Of a stretch of 64,000 bases of DNA, positions 27,117-35,706 are shown piece by piece. The number at the start of each line of letters is the position of its first letter. Position 1 is the first letter of the stretch. Source of the stretch: a bacterium UBP2_UBA5202 (GTDB taxonomy: Bacteria; Edwardsbacteria; AC1; EtOH8). Where the stretch lies: contig DHVS01000029.1 in NCBI GenBank assembly GCA_002412795.1, forward strand, positions 195,282 through 259,281, given 5' to 3'. The notes beneath the pieces were generated by a model. The model did no database searches. It worked only from the letters and a program-made list of their open reading frames with translations, and had not been told where the DNA came from. Position numbers and translations under genes: made by a program.

Positions 27117-28055
27117 TCAATTCACCTCCTTTTCTTTTTGGTTTAACTGGTTGGTTATTCTTTTTGCTTCTTCGTTAAGACCGGGGATGTCTATGTTCAA
27201 AGCTCTCATTTTATCTAAGTATTCCCGGGCTTGGCCGATCTCGTTCATTTCGTTGTAAACATCCCCAATGTTCAAGAGGGAAACTGCCTGCATGTATTTA
27301 GTTCCTTGTTTTACTGCTATATCATAGCATTTGTAAAATGATGCGTTGGCCTCCTTGTATTGGTGACTTTTGAAGCAAGCAAGCCCGGCGAAACAGCAAC
27401 TATTCAATAAGTTAGTAGTATCGCCAATTTTAGTGGCTATGTCTTCTGATGTCTTTAAATATTTAATCGCTGATTGGTGATTATCAACTTCACTGTATAA
27501 AAAACCCAACGACCCATAAATATGTCCGATGTTTCTAATATCCGATAGGCCTTCATAATAGGCTACCAACTCTTCTAATATTTTTATGGCCTCATTTACT
27601 TTCCCGGTGGCATGGTAACTATCAGCTATATTCTCCAGACATATGCACTCATTCTTCTTGTCCCCGTTCTTTTTGCAGATCTCCAAACCGGAGGCATAGT
27701 ATTCATAGGCCTTGTCGTTCTTTTCCAGGTACTGCATCAGCTTGCCCAGGCCGTTGTAGCACTCCACCTGGCCGGAGAGGTCCCGGTGGGCCAGGTATTT
27801 CTCCAAGGCCCGGTTGTAATGGGCCTCGGCCTGGGCGAACTCGCCCTTGACCAGGCTTACCAGCCCCTGACAGCTGATGGCCTCGGCCTGCCGAACCTGG
27901 TCGCCCTGGAGGGCGGCGGCGGCGTGCATCCGCACAAAGTCGCCCAGGGCCTTGTCGTAACTGCCTATCAGACGGTAAACCTCCCCCCTTTTGCGGTAGA
28001 GCAGGAACAGAGAGGTCAGGGGTTCGTTCAGTTTATGCCGGCGGGGTTGGGGCAT
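27117..28055 (-). CDS. TPR-repeat protein (312 aa), paralogous to the TPR module of the 1583-aa kinase/activator
   Basis: Repeated 34-aa A/Y/L pattern. Segment KNGDKKNECICLENIADSYHATGKVNEAIKIL resembles ENGDKQNMLICLSNVSSKEQLMGKTAYAIKTL in ORF 47100..51851. Confidence 0.8.
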   Translation of the reverse strand: MPQPRRHKLNEPLTSLFLLYRKRGEVYRLIGSYDKALGDFVRMHAAAALQGDQVRQAEAISCQGLVSLVKGEFAQAEAHYNRALEKYLAHRDLSGQVECYNGLGKLMQYLEKNDKAYEYYASGLEICKKNGDKKNECICLENIADSYHATGKVNEAIKILEELVAYYEGLSDIRNIGHIYGSLGFLYSEVDNHQSAIKYLKTSEDIATKIGDTTNLLNSCCFAGLACFKSHQYKEANASFYKCYDIAVKQGTKYMQAVSLLNIGDVYNEMNEIGQAREYLDKMRALNIDIPGLNEEAKRITNQLNQKEKEVN

Positions 28056-28115
28056 GCCGTTTACTGTTGCCTGTTTTGCGTTGACTGTTTAGTGTCAGTT
28101 TTTAAAATTAAAAAA

Positions 28116-28135
28116 CCCCGTCATTGCTGACGGGG
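28116..28135 (-). terminator. Intrinsic terminator after the 165-aa/66-aa gene pair
   Basis: CCCCGTC-AGCAAT-GACGGGG followed by TTTTTTAATTTT on the minus strand. Confidence 0.7.
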
Positions 28136-28269
28136 CGTTGATATCTTGCTGGTGCAAGTTCAGCAGGCACTCGTGATCGCCAATCCCACCAGCCAGACTT
28201 GACGAATAGACTGCCTACTATAATGTAATGCAATTATACTTATATCAAACCGCCCTGTCAAGGGAAATA

Positions 28270-28470
28270 TTAAATATTTTTCAAACAATTTATGGGCTGA
28301 TATCTCTCCATTCGTTTTAGCAAACTGTTGTATTTGAATACCGGGAATGCCGTCTTGAACTTGTAGGGGCCGACGGTGTCCTTGTAATATTTCTTGGCGA
28401 TAACGACCCAGTAACATTTATTGTTTTGATCGTCATACTGGGGCAGTTCGTATTTGCTGATATACATCAA
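28270..28470 (-). CDS. Hypothetical small protein (65-66 aa)
   Basis: ORF 45 nt downstream of the 165-aa gene and upstream of the terminator. TTG/ATG start, weak SD. Rich in K/Y. No family recognised. Confidence 0.4.
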   Translation of the reverse strand: MMYISKYELPQYDDQNNKCYWVVIAKKYYKDTVGPYKFKTAFPVFKYNSLLKRMERYQPINCLKNI

Positions 28471-28515
28471 TTCCCGGTCGTCCTTATCCCGGCGGAAATA
28501 GATATTTGTTGTTTT

Positions 28516-29013
28516 TTAAATGGTATGCCTTATCCACGGCAGCCTCTTTCCGCGTGACGGTATATAAAACTCCGATTTCAACTCATGCCGTCCGTTTTCC
28601 TTGTTCTTATACATGAATTTAACGCCGTCATCAAGGCTGATGCTGATCTTGTTCCCGAAACGGTCTTCTATGGGGCCTTCAACGTAATTTTCAAAAAACT
28701 TCAAGGCATCGCCTTCAGTATAATTAGGGCCGAAGCATTGCACCAGTTCATGGTCCGGAGGGAATAAATTATCATTTACATGATGATAGTCAATTAATTT
28801 AACCAACCTGGTTATTTCATTTCTTTTGAGGGTAACTTTAACAACCCGGCCCTTTAACCCCTCAATTTTACGGACCAAAGCGTAATAGGATATTTTGATC
28901 ACATCATAAAATATATGCGCTATTGTTTGGAAATTGCTAAAATCATGTACTTTGGCAATTTCCCGCAATTTATGCAATATTTCTTCTTGAGAGTTAAAGT
29001 TATGGGGCAACAT
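28516..29013 (-). CDS. Hypothetical protein (165 aa)
   Basis: AT-rich ORF. No family recognised. The C-terminal half carries conserved-looking H/K/R residues (GRHELKSEFYIPSRGKRLPWIRH). Confidence 0.55.
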   Translation of the reverse strand: MLPHNFNSQEEILHKLREIAKVHDFSNFQTIAHIFYDVIKISYYALVRKIEGLKGRVVKVTLKRNEITRLVKLIDYHHVNDNLFPPDHELVQCFGPNYTEGDALKFFENYVEGPIEDRFGNKISISLDDGVKFMYKNKENGRHELKSEFYIPSRGKRLPWIRHTI

Positions 29014-29153
29014 ACCTATTCCATGTAACTAATTCGTTAAATAGTGTTTACTGGATAGTGTCTGCCGTTAACAATTCACGACTTGTCCGAAGTAGCCTTG
29101 GGCGTAGTCGGATTCACAATTCACAGTTCAGTGTCCCCCGGTTGGCGGACAGA

Positions 29154-29561
29154 TCAACCCAAGCCGTGTTGGTTGAAAAAGGGGCCGTACTGCATATCGC
29201 TGCCCTTGATGTGCTTTAACAGCCAATCTTTAAGGAACAGCATCACCTCGATGGATAAACCCTGCCGGCCCTTATCCGCCTCGACTTTGAACTCCAGCAC
29301 CCGTTTCACGAAGTCGTTGTGCTCCCGGATGTGCTCCGGGGCGCCGGGGTATTGGTACAGCTCAAAGTATTTTTCCTCGGTGGCAAAGTGGGTCTGGGTG
29401 TAGGCTAACAGGCCGTCTATTATTGAATCGATCACGTCCTTCCCCCGCCCCAGGGCCATGGCATCGTGAATGCCGTTGAGCAGGCCGACCAGTTTTTGGC
29501 GCTGGTGGTCTATTTCTCTGACGTGGACGTTGTAGCTGTCGTTCCAGGTGATGAAGGCCAT
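29154..29561 (-). CDS. Bacteriohemerythrin (hemerythrin-like metal-binding protein)
   Basis: 135 aa. WNDSYNVHVREIDHQRQKL, HFATEEKYF, EHIREHNDF, DWLLKHIKGSDMQY give the H-HxxxE-HxxxH-HxxxxD iron ligand pattern. Confidence 0.92.
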   Translation of the reverse strand: MAFITWNDSYNVHVREIDHQRQKLVGLLNGIHDAMALGRGKDVIDSIIDGLLAYTQTHFATEEKYFELYQYPGAPEHIREHNDFVKRVLEFKVEADKGRQGLSIEVMLFLKDWLLKHIKGSDMQYGPFFNQHGLG

Positions 29562-29571
29562 GTTTGGCTCC

Positions 29572-29648
29572 GGGGTGGAGGGTTGGGATTGGGGCTAGGG
29601 GGGTGCGGTTAGGGCGGGCTGGGGCTGATGAGGACGGCGGGGCGGGGC
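29572..29648 (+). other. G-run-rich tract (potential G-quadruplex former)
   Basis: About ten runs of 3 or more G within 77 nt (GGGGTGGAGGGTTGGGATTGGGGCTAGGGGGGTGCGGTTAGGGCGGGCTGGGGCTG...GGCGGGGCGGGG), at the junction of the GC-rich hemerythrin gene and the AT-rich block. Confidence 0.6.
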
Positions 29649-29662
29649 TTTGTGTTCAGTAT

Positions 29663-30667
29663 TTAGTCATTTTCTTCTATAATTTCAGGAACATAAACCT
29701 TTTTCAACGGGATAAGACCCTTATACTTTGAATCAAACTTTTCGTAATGTTCCATTATCAAATCTACCAGCTCCACCCCATCGATCAAACGTAAATTACT
29801 TTTACTTTTGGCAAAGTTTTTTGCTGAATTAGTAAATGTACCAAGGGTAACAAGCAAACCATACTCATTAGCAGAGACTTTACCATATAAAGCGGAAACA
29901 ATTGGGTCACCAATACTGCCGTCCGTGCTTTTAACTTGTACTTTGATTATTGGCGGTTCAAAGCCCAAATCATCTTTATGGGCGATTATGTCAATTCCAC
30001 CATCAGGTCCTTCCGGGGAGACACGGGTTTTATATCCAATTACGTTTAATAATTGGGCTACAAAATCAGCGAACGGATGACCTTTTAATTCAGTACTTAG
30101 TTGCTTTAGAATAAAATCTTTTGTTGTTTCTTCTATATCCTCTGCCACGATGCCAACTGTTGGATCATTTTTCTCTTCTTTTGGTTCTTGCTTACCTTCC
30201 AAAGATACAATAAATTCATCAGCGTAATTTCTTATTTGGAAAAATGCCATGGCTGAACCTACCTCATATAGGGCGCCTTGGGTAAAGTTTGTCCTTGGGT
30301 GTTTTTTGAGCCATTTAACAGTTCTGGTATGAGGGTATTTATCGCTAATGTTTGGTTCGTATTTATAATCGCCTTCAATAATCCCAATATTAATGGTTCG
30401 CTCTTGTCTTGAAGGATATACTATATAATCGCCTGTTTTCATTTCATGTACAAAACGAAACAATTGGCCAGCATTATTGTATATTTTGCCGGGCTTGTAA
30501 TCAGGGTATACGCTTGTTACTTTGGCTTTGAATGCTTCTCTATTGGGCTTTATTAAAGAAAGATCGCCAATAATTTGCCAGCCCAAAGCAACTTTATCTT
30601 TTTTTAGAAAGAGAGAATCTGCATCACCTTCATGCCCGGCGTGTATGCCCCATACTGGCTTTATCAT
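29663..30667 (-). CDS. Mrr-family (PD-(D/E)xK) restriction endonuclease with N-terminal PUA/EVE-like domain
   Basis: 334 aa. C-terminal Mrr_cat pattern GPDGGIDIIAHKDDLGFEPPIIKVQVKS...SANEYGLLVTLGTFT. The N-terminal about 150 aa (WGIHAG..ALGW..EMKTGDYIVYP..INIGIIEGDYKYEP) resembles PUA-like readers; that part is inference. Confidence 0.78.
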   Translation of the reverse strand: MIKPVWGIHAGHEGDADSLFLKKDKVALGWQIIGDLSLIKPNREAFKAKVTSVYPDYKPGKIYNNAGQLFRFVHEMKTGDYIVYPSRQERTINIGIIEGDYKYEPNISDKYPHTRTVKWLKKHPRTNFTQGALYEVGSAMAFFQIRNYADEFIVSLEGKQEPKEEKNDPTVGIVAEDIEETTKDFILKQLSTELKGHPFADFVAQLLNVIGYKTRVSPEGPDGGIDIIAHKDDLGFEPPIIKVQVKSTDGSIGDPIVSALYGKVSANEYGLLVTLGTFTNSAKNFAKSKSNLRLIDGVELVDLIMEHYEKFDSKYKGLIPLKKVYVPEIIEEND

Positions 30668-30682
30668 TTCAACCCCCTAACA

Positions 30683-32104
30683 CTAAAGTTTAATATTTAA
30701 CTTTTCGACTTCAATGTGGATCCACTTCTCTGCCTCTTTTTCTGTTTTCTCAATAGCCATCTCAACCCCACGCTTGGCGATTTCAAGTAAGGCCTTTGAT
30801 TTCTCGCGGTCGCAAAAAGATTGGTTAATTTTATCGGATATTTTCTTCTGTTGTTCTATTGGTAGAATTGGTATAAGCACATCTTTTATTTGATCTAAGC
30901 GCCAATGGTCAATTATTGAACCACCCACATCACGTTCCATTTGTTTTTGTACAATAACAGAATTTAATACAAGGGTTAGGTATTCTGGTATTATTTCATG
31001 CTTATTTTTTATATGTAAGCGTAGGATACCGCTTGAAGGTATCATTTTAACTGGTTTGTCTTTTAGATAATATGCAATGCCCGGTGTAGCGTCTTTAGAT
31101 AGAAGTATTTCCCCCGCTAAAGGTTGGTAGCCCTCTAATTCTTTGTATACTTTGTCAGATATATATTGTTGGTTATCGTTATTGATCCCATATTTTGAAA
31201 GATTGCTAACTCGTAAAAACGGTATACCCTCTTCTTGGTATTTTTCACTACCTGGCTCAAAACATTTTGTTATTGTTACAATGTCGCCAAGTCTGGCATA
31301 GTTTCTTACGGTTTTAATGGCTTTTTCTATTTCTTCATAGATTGGTCGGTAATATTCTGCATCTATGCGTTCCTTGGCTTGCGTGTCCGAATAGTTTTTA
31401 ACATATGATAATTGCTGTTTTGTTATCCACTTTAAAAACCCAAGTTCGGAAAGAAGGATTTGCTCGGCTTGGATATATAGCTTCTTTGCTTCATTACCAA
31501 TAGCAAATGCTTCTTCAACTTTGGAACGAATTGATTTTTGGAATACATCGGTGGGTAAAAATACCTTAATCTCTTTTAGGTCAGATAAATTCAAACCTTG
31601 TTGGATGGCGCCTCTTGCTCCACGCAAACAAAACAGTTGCCCCACATTTGAATTTAAATAAGCTACTAAATAAAACGGGTCAACCTTTTTAGATCGGATA
31701 ATTGTGCTTTTACAACTAAAGATTGACGAAGCATCTTTCTTAGTAGCAATTGCTACTTTGCCCAAAGTTCCAACAACCGTTACCAATAAATCATTTACCC
31801 TAATGTGGAATTGCGGTAGTTTATTGTAGACCTGCTCCGGTATAAAAGCCGGGGCATCGTCGCTTATTATAAAATCGTTTATATCCCTATTCCGTACATA
31901 TTTAAAAGACGAATTGGGGACATATTGATCCATCGTAACAGTAGAACCAAATGGGCCTATAATAAAAGTGGCATGGTCACTTAATGTACCATTGCCTTTT
32001 TTATCAAGCAGATTAATTTTATCTAATACCTCTGCCCTGTAATACTCGGCATCAACACGCAATTCCAAATTTAAACTGCTGAATTTTACAATGGAAGTTT
32101 GCAT
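30683..32104 (-). CDS. hsdS: Type I restriction-modification specificity subunit
   Basis: 473 aa. Two target-recognition halves separated by repeated conserved helices (VDAEYYRAEVLDKI / IDAEYYRPIYEEIE). Immediately downstream of hsdM. Confidence 0.85.
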   Translation of the reverse strand: MQTSIVKFSSLNLELRVDAEYYRAEVLDKINLLDKKGNGTLSDHATFIIGPFGSTVTMDQYVPNSSFKYVRNRDINDFIISDDAPAFIPEQVYNKLPQFHIRVNDLLVTVVGTLGKVAIATKKDASSIFSCKSTIIRSKKVDPFYLVAYLNSNVGQLFCLRGARGAIQQGLNLSDLKEIKVFLPTDVFQKSIRSKVEEAFAIGNEAKKLYIQAEQILLSELGFLKWITKQQLSYVKNYSDTQAKERIDAEYYRPIYEEIEKAIKTVRNYARLGDIVTITKCFEPGSEKYQEEGIPFLRVSNLSKYGINNDNQQYISDKVYKELEGYQPLAGEILLSKDATPGIAYYLKDKPVKMIPSSGILRLHIKNKHEIIPEYLTLVLNSVIVQKQMERDVGGSIIDHWRLDQIKDVLIPILPIEQQKKISDKINQSFCDREKSKALLEIAKRGVEMAIEKTEKEAEKWIHIEVEKLNIKL

Positions 32105-32107
32105 GAG

Positions 32108-34162
32108 CTATTTCCAAAAGCTTAATTTATCTTTTTTTGCCCACTCTATAAAAGCTTCAGCTATACCATCCGGTAGCTCACCTTTGTGATTATGCAAATC
32201 ATGCTCAACAATAAAATGCCCATATTTATCAAGTTTTTTATCCTTCCCATAAGTATAAATATAATTGTAATCTCCTGAATTATCTTTGCCCGGTCTTTCA
32301 GAAACAGCAAAGAATATTGGATAATCATCTTTTTGAGGACAAAGTTTATCATCCCATTTTTGCAAAAACAAAACACTGGTCTTTGTGCCGGTGTGCGGTT
32401 TAAATGTGTTCACATGCAAACCAACAACCGCCAATATCCTGGCCTTACCAGAAATATATTCTCTTATATCTTTATCTGTTGTATTATTAAACCTACCCTG
32501 TGGCAATACTATGGCTAAGCGACCACCAGGTTTTACAAAATCAAGGTTCCGTTCTATGAAAAGAATGTCCCGACCAACCTTAGGTTTTGGCTTTTTCTTT
32601 TCGTTAAAACCCAATTCATATTTGTGTATAATGCTTGATTCTTTTATATCCCCGGCAAACGGCGGGTTTGCCATAAGAATATCAAAATTGTATTCTTTGT
32701 TGCTGTTTCTGTCCTTTTGTAAAGCTTCTAACCGTTTCAACCCTTTGCCGTATGTGTCCCGCCATTGGTTATCAGTTGTCCTTTGGTCCCAACGATCATA
32801 ATCAAGCGTGTTCAAATGCAAAACATTTGTTTCGCCGTCTCCGGCAATAAGGTTAAGGGTACGTGCAACACGAACGACCTTTTCGTCAAAATCAATGCCA
32901 AACACCCTTAACACATCTTCCTTTTCTTCTTGGGATATCTCTGTATTTTCAAAAAGATGACCGGTTAGGTGGAATATAGTATGGACGGTAAAACCGCAGG
33001 ACCCTGCGGCGGTGTCAATCATATACTCGCCCTTTTTAGGGTTGAGCATTTTTACGCACATGTCTATTACATGCCTGGGTGTAAAATACTGGCCCTTTTC
33101 ACCTTTAGCCGACTTGCTTATTAAATACTCAAAGGCTTCGTCAATGACCTGCAAGTTTGAATTGAATAGTTTGATGTCCTGCAAACTGGAAACGCAAATG
33201 GACAAATGCGAAGGCGTCAAATCAAGTTTGCTGGCATCGGGAAATACCCCCGGCCATTTTTTCTTGGCTTCATCAAACAATTTTTGTATTTTGGCATATA
33301 GCTGGGCTCCAGTTTGCCCGGTATTTCTGAATTCCAGCACTCTAAAAGTATTGTCATCCAAACCAGCTAACGCTTTTTTAATGTCATCGTATGTATATTC
33401 GGGATTTTTACTACCGTCTGCGATACCGGGGAGTTTTTTACTATTTAAAAAATAGCTTATAACGGTTTTATCCTGTTGGCTTTTGTTTTCATCATACAAC
33501 TTGGTAAAAATAAGTTTGAATACCTCTTCAAATACATCAACCCCGGCGTTTGCCAGGACTTCATCCTCCATCTCGGTGATTATGTCTTTTAAAGTCTTGC
33601 CTTCGTTGGGTATTTTGTCCTTAATAATAAGATCGCGAAGAGTAAAGCGTTCTTTTAAAATATCCTCGAGGGTTTGATCCGCTTTTGGAATATCGGTAAT
33701 ATCTTCAAAGAAATTAGGATCTTTACGGTTGTAATGTGAAATCTGCCCGCCGTTTGACCATACACCAATAGGCGCACCGGTAGCGTTGCAATAAGACCTT
33801 AATTGCTCCTTGCCGTCTTTTAATTTAGGTTTTTTAACCTCAACTATTATATATTCTGTGGTCGGTCTATCCTTATCAAAAATGACGATATCGGCCGTTT
33901 TGGTTTCCCGGCCAAACGTAACCGAATGCTCAAAACGAATACGCCGTTTAGGATAGCCATATTCGTTAATAAGTTTTGCGGCGTATAGCTGGCGTACGAC
34001 CTCTTCAGGCTTTAACTGTACTTCCTTATCTCTTATTATGCAAACAACGTAAGGCTTACCCTTGATCACTGTAATTTTAGCTTCAAGGGCTTTAATTTCT
34101 TTTGGGTTAAAGAGAGAAAGGTTATAGTTTGAGTCTTTAAGTATATCAATTATACTAGCCAT
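32108..34162 (-). CDS. hsdM: Type I-like N6-adenine DNA methyltransferase with N-terminal HSDR_N (PD-(D/E)xK-like) domain
   Basis: 684 aa. N-terminal ADIVIFDKD...YIIVEVKKPK nuclease-fold signature typical of HSDR_N. SAM motif DTAAGSCGF. Catalytic LMANPPFAG. Confidence 0.9.
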   Translation of the reverse strand: MASIIDILKDSNYNLSLFNPKEIKALEAKITVIKGKPYVVCIIRDKEVQLKPEEVVRQLYAAKLINEYGYPKRRIRFEHSVTFGRETKTADIVIFDKDRPTTEYIIVEVKKPKLKDGKEQLRSYCNATGAPIGVWSNGGQISHYNRKDPNFFEDITDIPKADQTLEDILKERFTLRDLIIKDKIPNEGKTLKDIITEMEDEVLANAGVDVFEEVFKLIFTKLYDENKSQQDKTVISYFLNSKKLPGIADGSKNPEYTYDDIKKALAGLDDNTFRVLEFRNTGQTGAQLYAKIQKLFDEAKKKWPGVFPDASKLDLTPSHLSICVSSLQDIKLFNSNLQVIDEAFEYLISKSAKGEKGQYFTPRHVIDMCVKMLNPKKGEYMIDTAAGSCGFTVHTIFHLTGHLFENTEISQEEKEDVLRVFGIDFDEKVVRVARTLNLIAGDGETNVLHLNTLDYDRWDQRTTDNQWRDTYGKGLKRLEALQKDRNSNKEYNFDILMANPPFAGDIKESSIIHKYELGFNEKKKPKPKVGRDILFIERNLDFVKPGGRLAIVLPQGRFNNTTDKDIREYISGKARILAVVGLHVNTFKPHTGTKTSVLFLQKWDDKLCPQKDDYPIFFAVSERPGKDNSGDYNYIYTYGKDKKLDKYGHFIVEHDLHNHKGELPDGIAEAFIEWAKKDKLSFWK

Positions 34163-34239
34163 TGCTTCACCTTTTTATATTTGTAAGCGTATAGTTTCTA
34201 TAACTATACGCTTTTTGTGGTTTTAAAGTCAAGCAATAA

Positions 34240-35106
34240 TTATGTTATATATCTCTTTGAATTAGTCGTGCATTTTCTACCAGTTAAGGGTGCGGTAAAA
34301 TAATCTTCATCTAAAAGTTTTACCAATTCTTTTATTTCTTTACGGCTTGTTGGTAATACTATTTTCCCCTCTCTAATGTTGATAGCCACCCCATATTCCC
34401 TACCTACACGTCTAATGTTTGGTATAGTAACATTATCTAGTACTGAGTTCCTTTTTAACAGTGCAATTCTCTTTCTTACTATTTGATTTGAATTTGTTTT
34501 AAATAACTCTCGGTTAGTGATTAAAAACATCTCGTTGTCGATAAATTCATCTATTTCAGCATCGGTTGCCTCTCGATAATACTCCGTTAGGCTCAAAAAC
34601 TTTCTTGTGTTTGCATACGATATAAAATATAAATTACCATCAACGAACAAAGCTGTAATCCTGTCCTGTAGCGTCATGCCTGGCTCTTCCAATTTTGAAT
34701 ACGTTTCCCTACTGTTGATTAAAGTAACACCACGTTTTAAGATTCTCCGTGAATCAAAAACCTGAAATGCTATATACCCATTGTTTTCTACTCGAGGTCC
34801 AAAAAACAAACATTTTAACGATATATTTTCATCATTCAGGTTCAATACCCCACAACTTATAGGGTTGTTTATGGCAGCAAGAATGTCGTCGCTCATTTCA
34901 TAATTAGGTATTTTATAAATCTCGCCCACCTCTGCAGTATAGTCACCAGTAAATTCAATTTGCTCGCATTCAGGATCAATAAATATTTCTTTTTGCCTGG
35001 TTAAATACCTTATTACTTCTGTTTGTACATCAGCAGTTAACGGTATTCGTTTTATGCTTTGCGGATCATTAAGTATCGCGAATAAATTTATAGCTGGTTG
35101 TGGCAT
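34240..35106 (-). CDS. DUF4868-like protein, candidate KwaB of a Kiwa-type defence pair
   Basis: 288 aa soluble protein. SD GGAGG inside the end of the preceding 4-TM gene. Size, partner and RM-adjacent context fit Kiwa. Family assignment is from memory of the architecture, not from a search. Confidence 0.45.
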   Translation of the reverse strand: MPQPAINLFAILNDPQSIKRIPLTADVQTEVIRYLTRQKEIFIDPECEQIEFTGDYTAEVGEIYKIPNYEMSDDILAAINNPISCGVLNLNDENISLKCLFFGPRVENNGYIAFQVFDSRRILKRGVTLINSRETYSKLEEPGMTLQDRITALFVDGNLYFISYANTRKFLSLTEYYREATDAEIDEFIDNEMFLITNRELFKTNSNQIVRKRIALLKRNSVLDNVTIPNIRRVGREYGVAINIREGKIVLPTSRKEIKELVKLLDEDYFTAPLTGRKCTTNSKRYIT

Positions 35107-35108
35107 GT

Positions 35109-35630
35109 TTAAACCTCCAATAACATGTATTCTGTTAGTTGAACAACTGTTTTAACGTTTTTACAGTTGCTTATTGTGTTTTTTGAAATAAGAACATACG
35201 AAATACCACCATCTAAAGTTACTTCATAAAAATGATACTGGTATGGTCCTATACCTATAAGTGGGTTAAAATGATATGCATGAGTTGACCATACCACAAT
35301 AAAAAACAAAACGCCAACGAAACAAAGCACTGGCTTGTTTACTGCATCTGTACTCTGATTAATGAAAGGTAACAGGTAAACAAGGATAAAGCCAACAATC
35401 TCTTTATCAGCAGTTTGTATGGCATCAACTTTAACAGGCATTTTTTCTAGTTTTATTTTAGCCAATTCTAAAATACATTTGCATAGTATTACCAATGCAA
35501 GCGCTATTATAAGATAAACCCAACCTTGCTTAATATCCCATTTTTCACTAAATTTAATAAACCATAACGTTAGCAGCACTGGGGCCAATGATGTGCTAAC
35601 CAATAAAAGTTTTGCTAAACAACTGATCAT
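35109..35630 (-). CDS. Four-TM membrane protein, candidate KwaA
   Basis: 173 aa with four hydrophobic helices (LLLVSTSLAPVLLTLWFI, VYLIIALALVILCKCIL, IVGFILVYLLPFI, VLCFVGVLFFIVVW). 2-nt gap to the next gene. Confidence 0.4.
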   Translation of the reverse strand: MISCLAKLLLVSTSLAPVLLTLWFIKFSEKWDIKQGWVYLIIALALVILCKCILELAKIKLEKMPVKVDAIQTADKEIVGFILVYLLPFINQSTDAVNKPVLCFVGVLFFIVVWSTHAYHFNPLIGIGPYQYHFYEVTLDGGISYVLISKNTISNCKNVKTVVQLTEYMLLEV

Positions 35631-35706
35631 TTTACACCTTACATGCTAATGGTTTATATTTGAATTATTAACTTTATTATACACATATGGGGTGACAAAA
35701 TCACAA

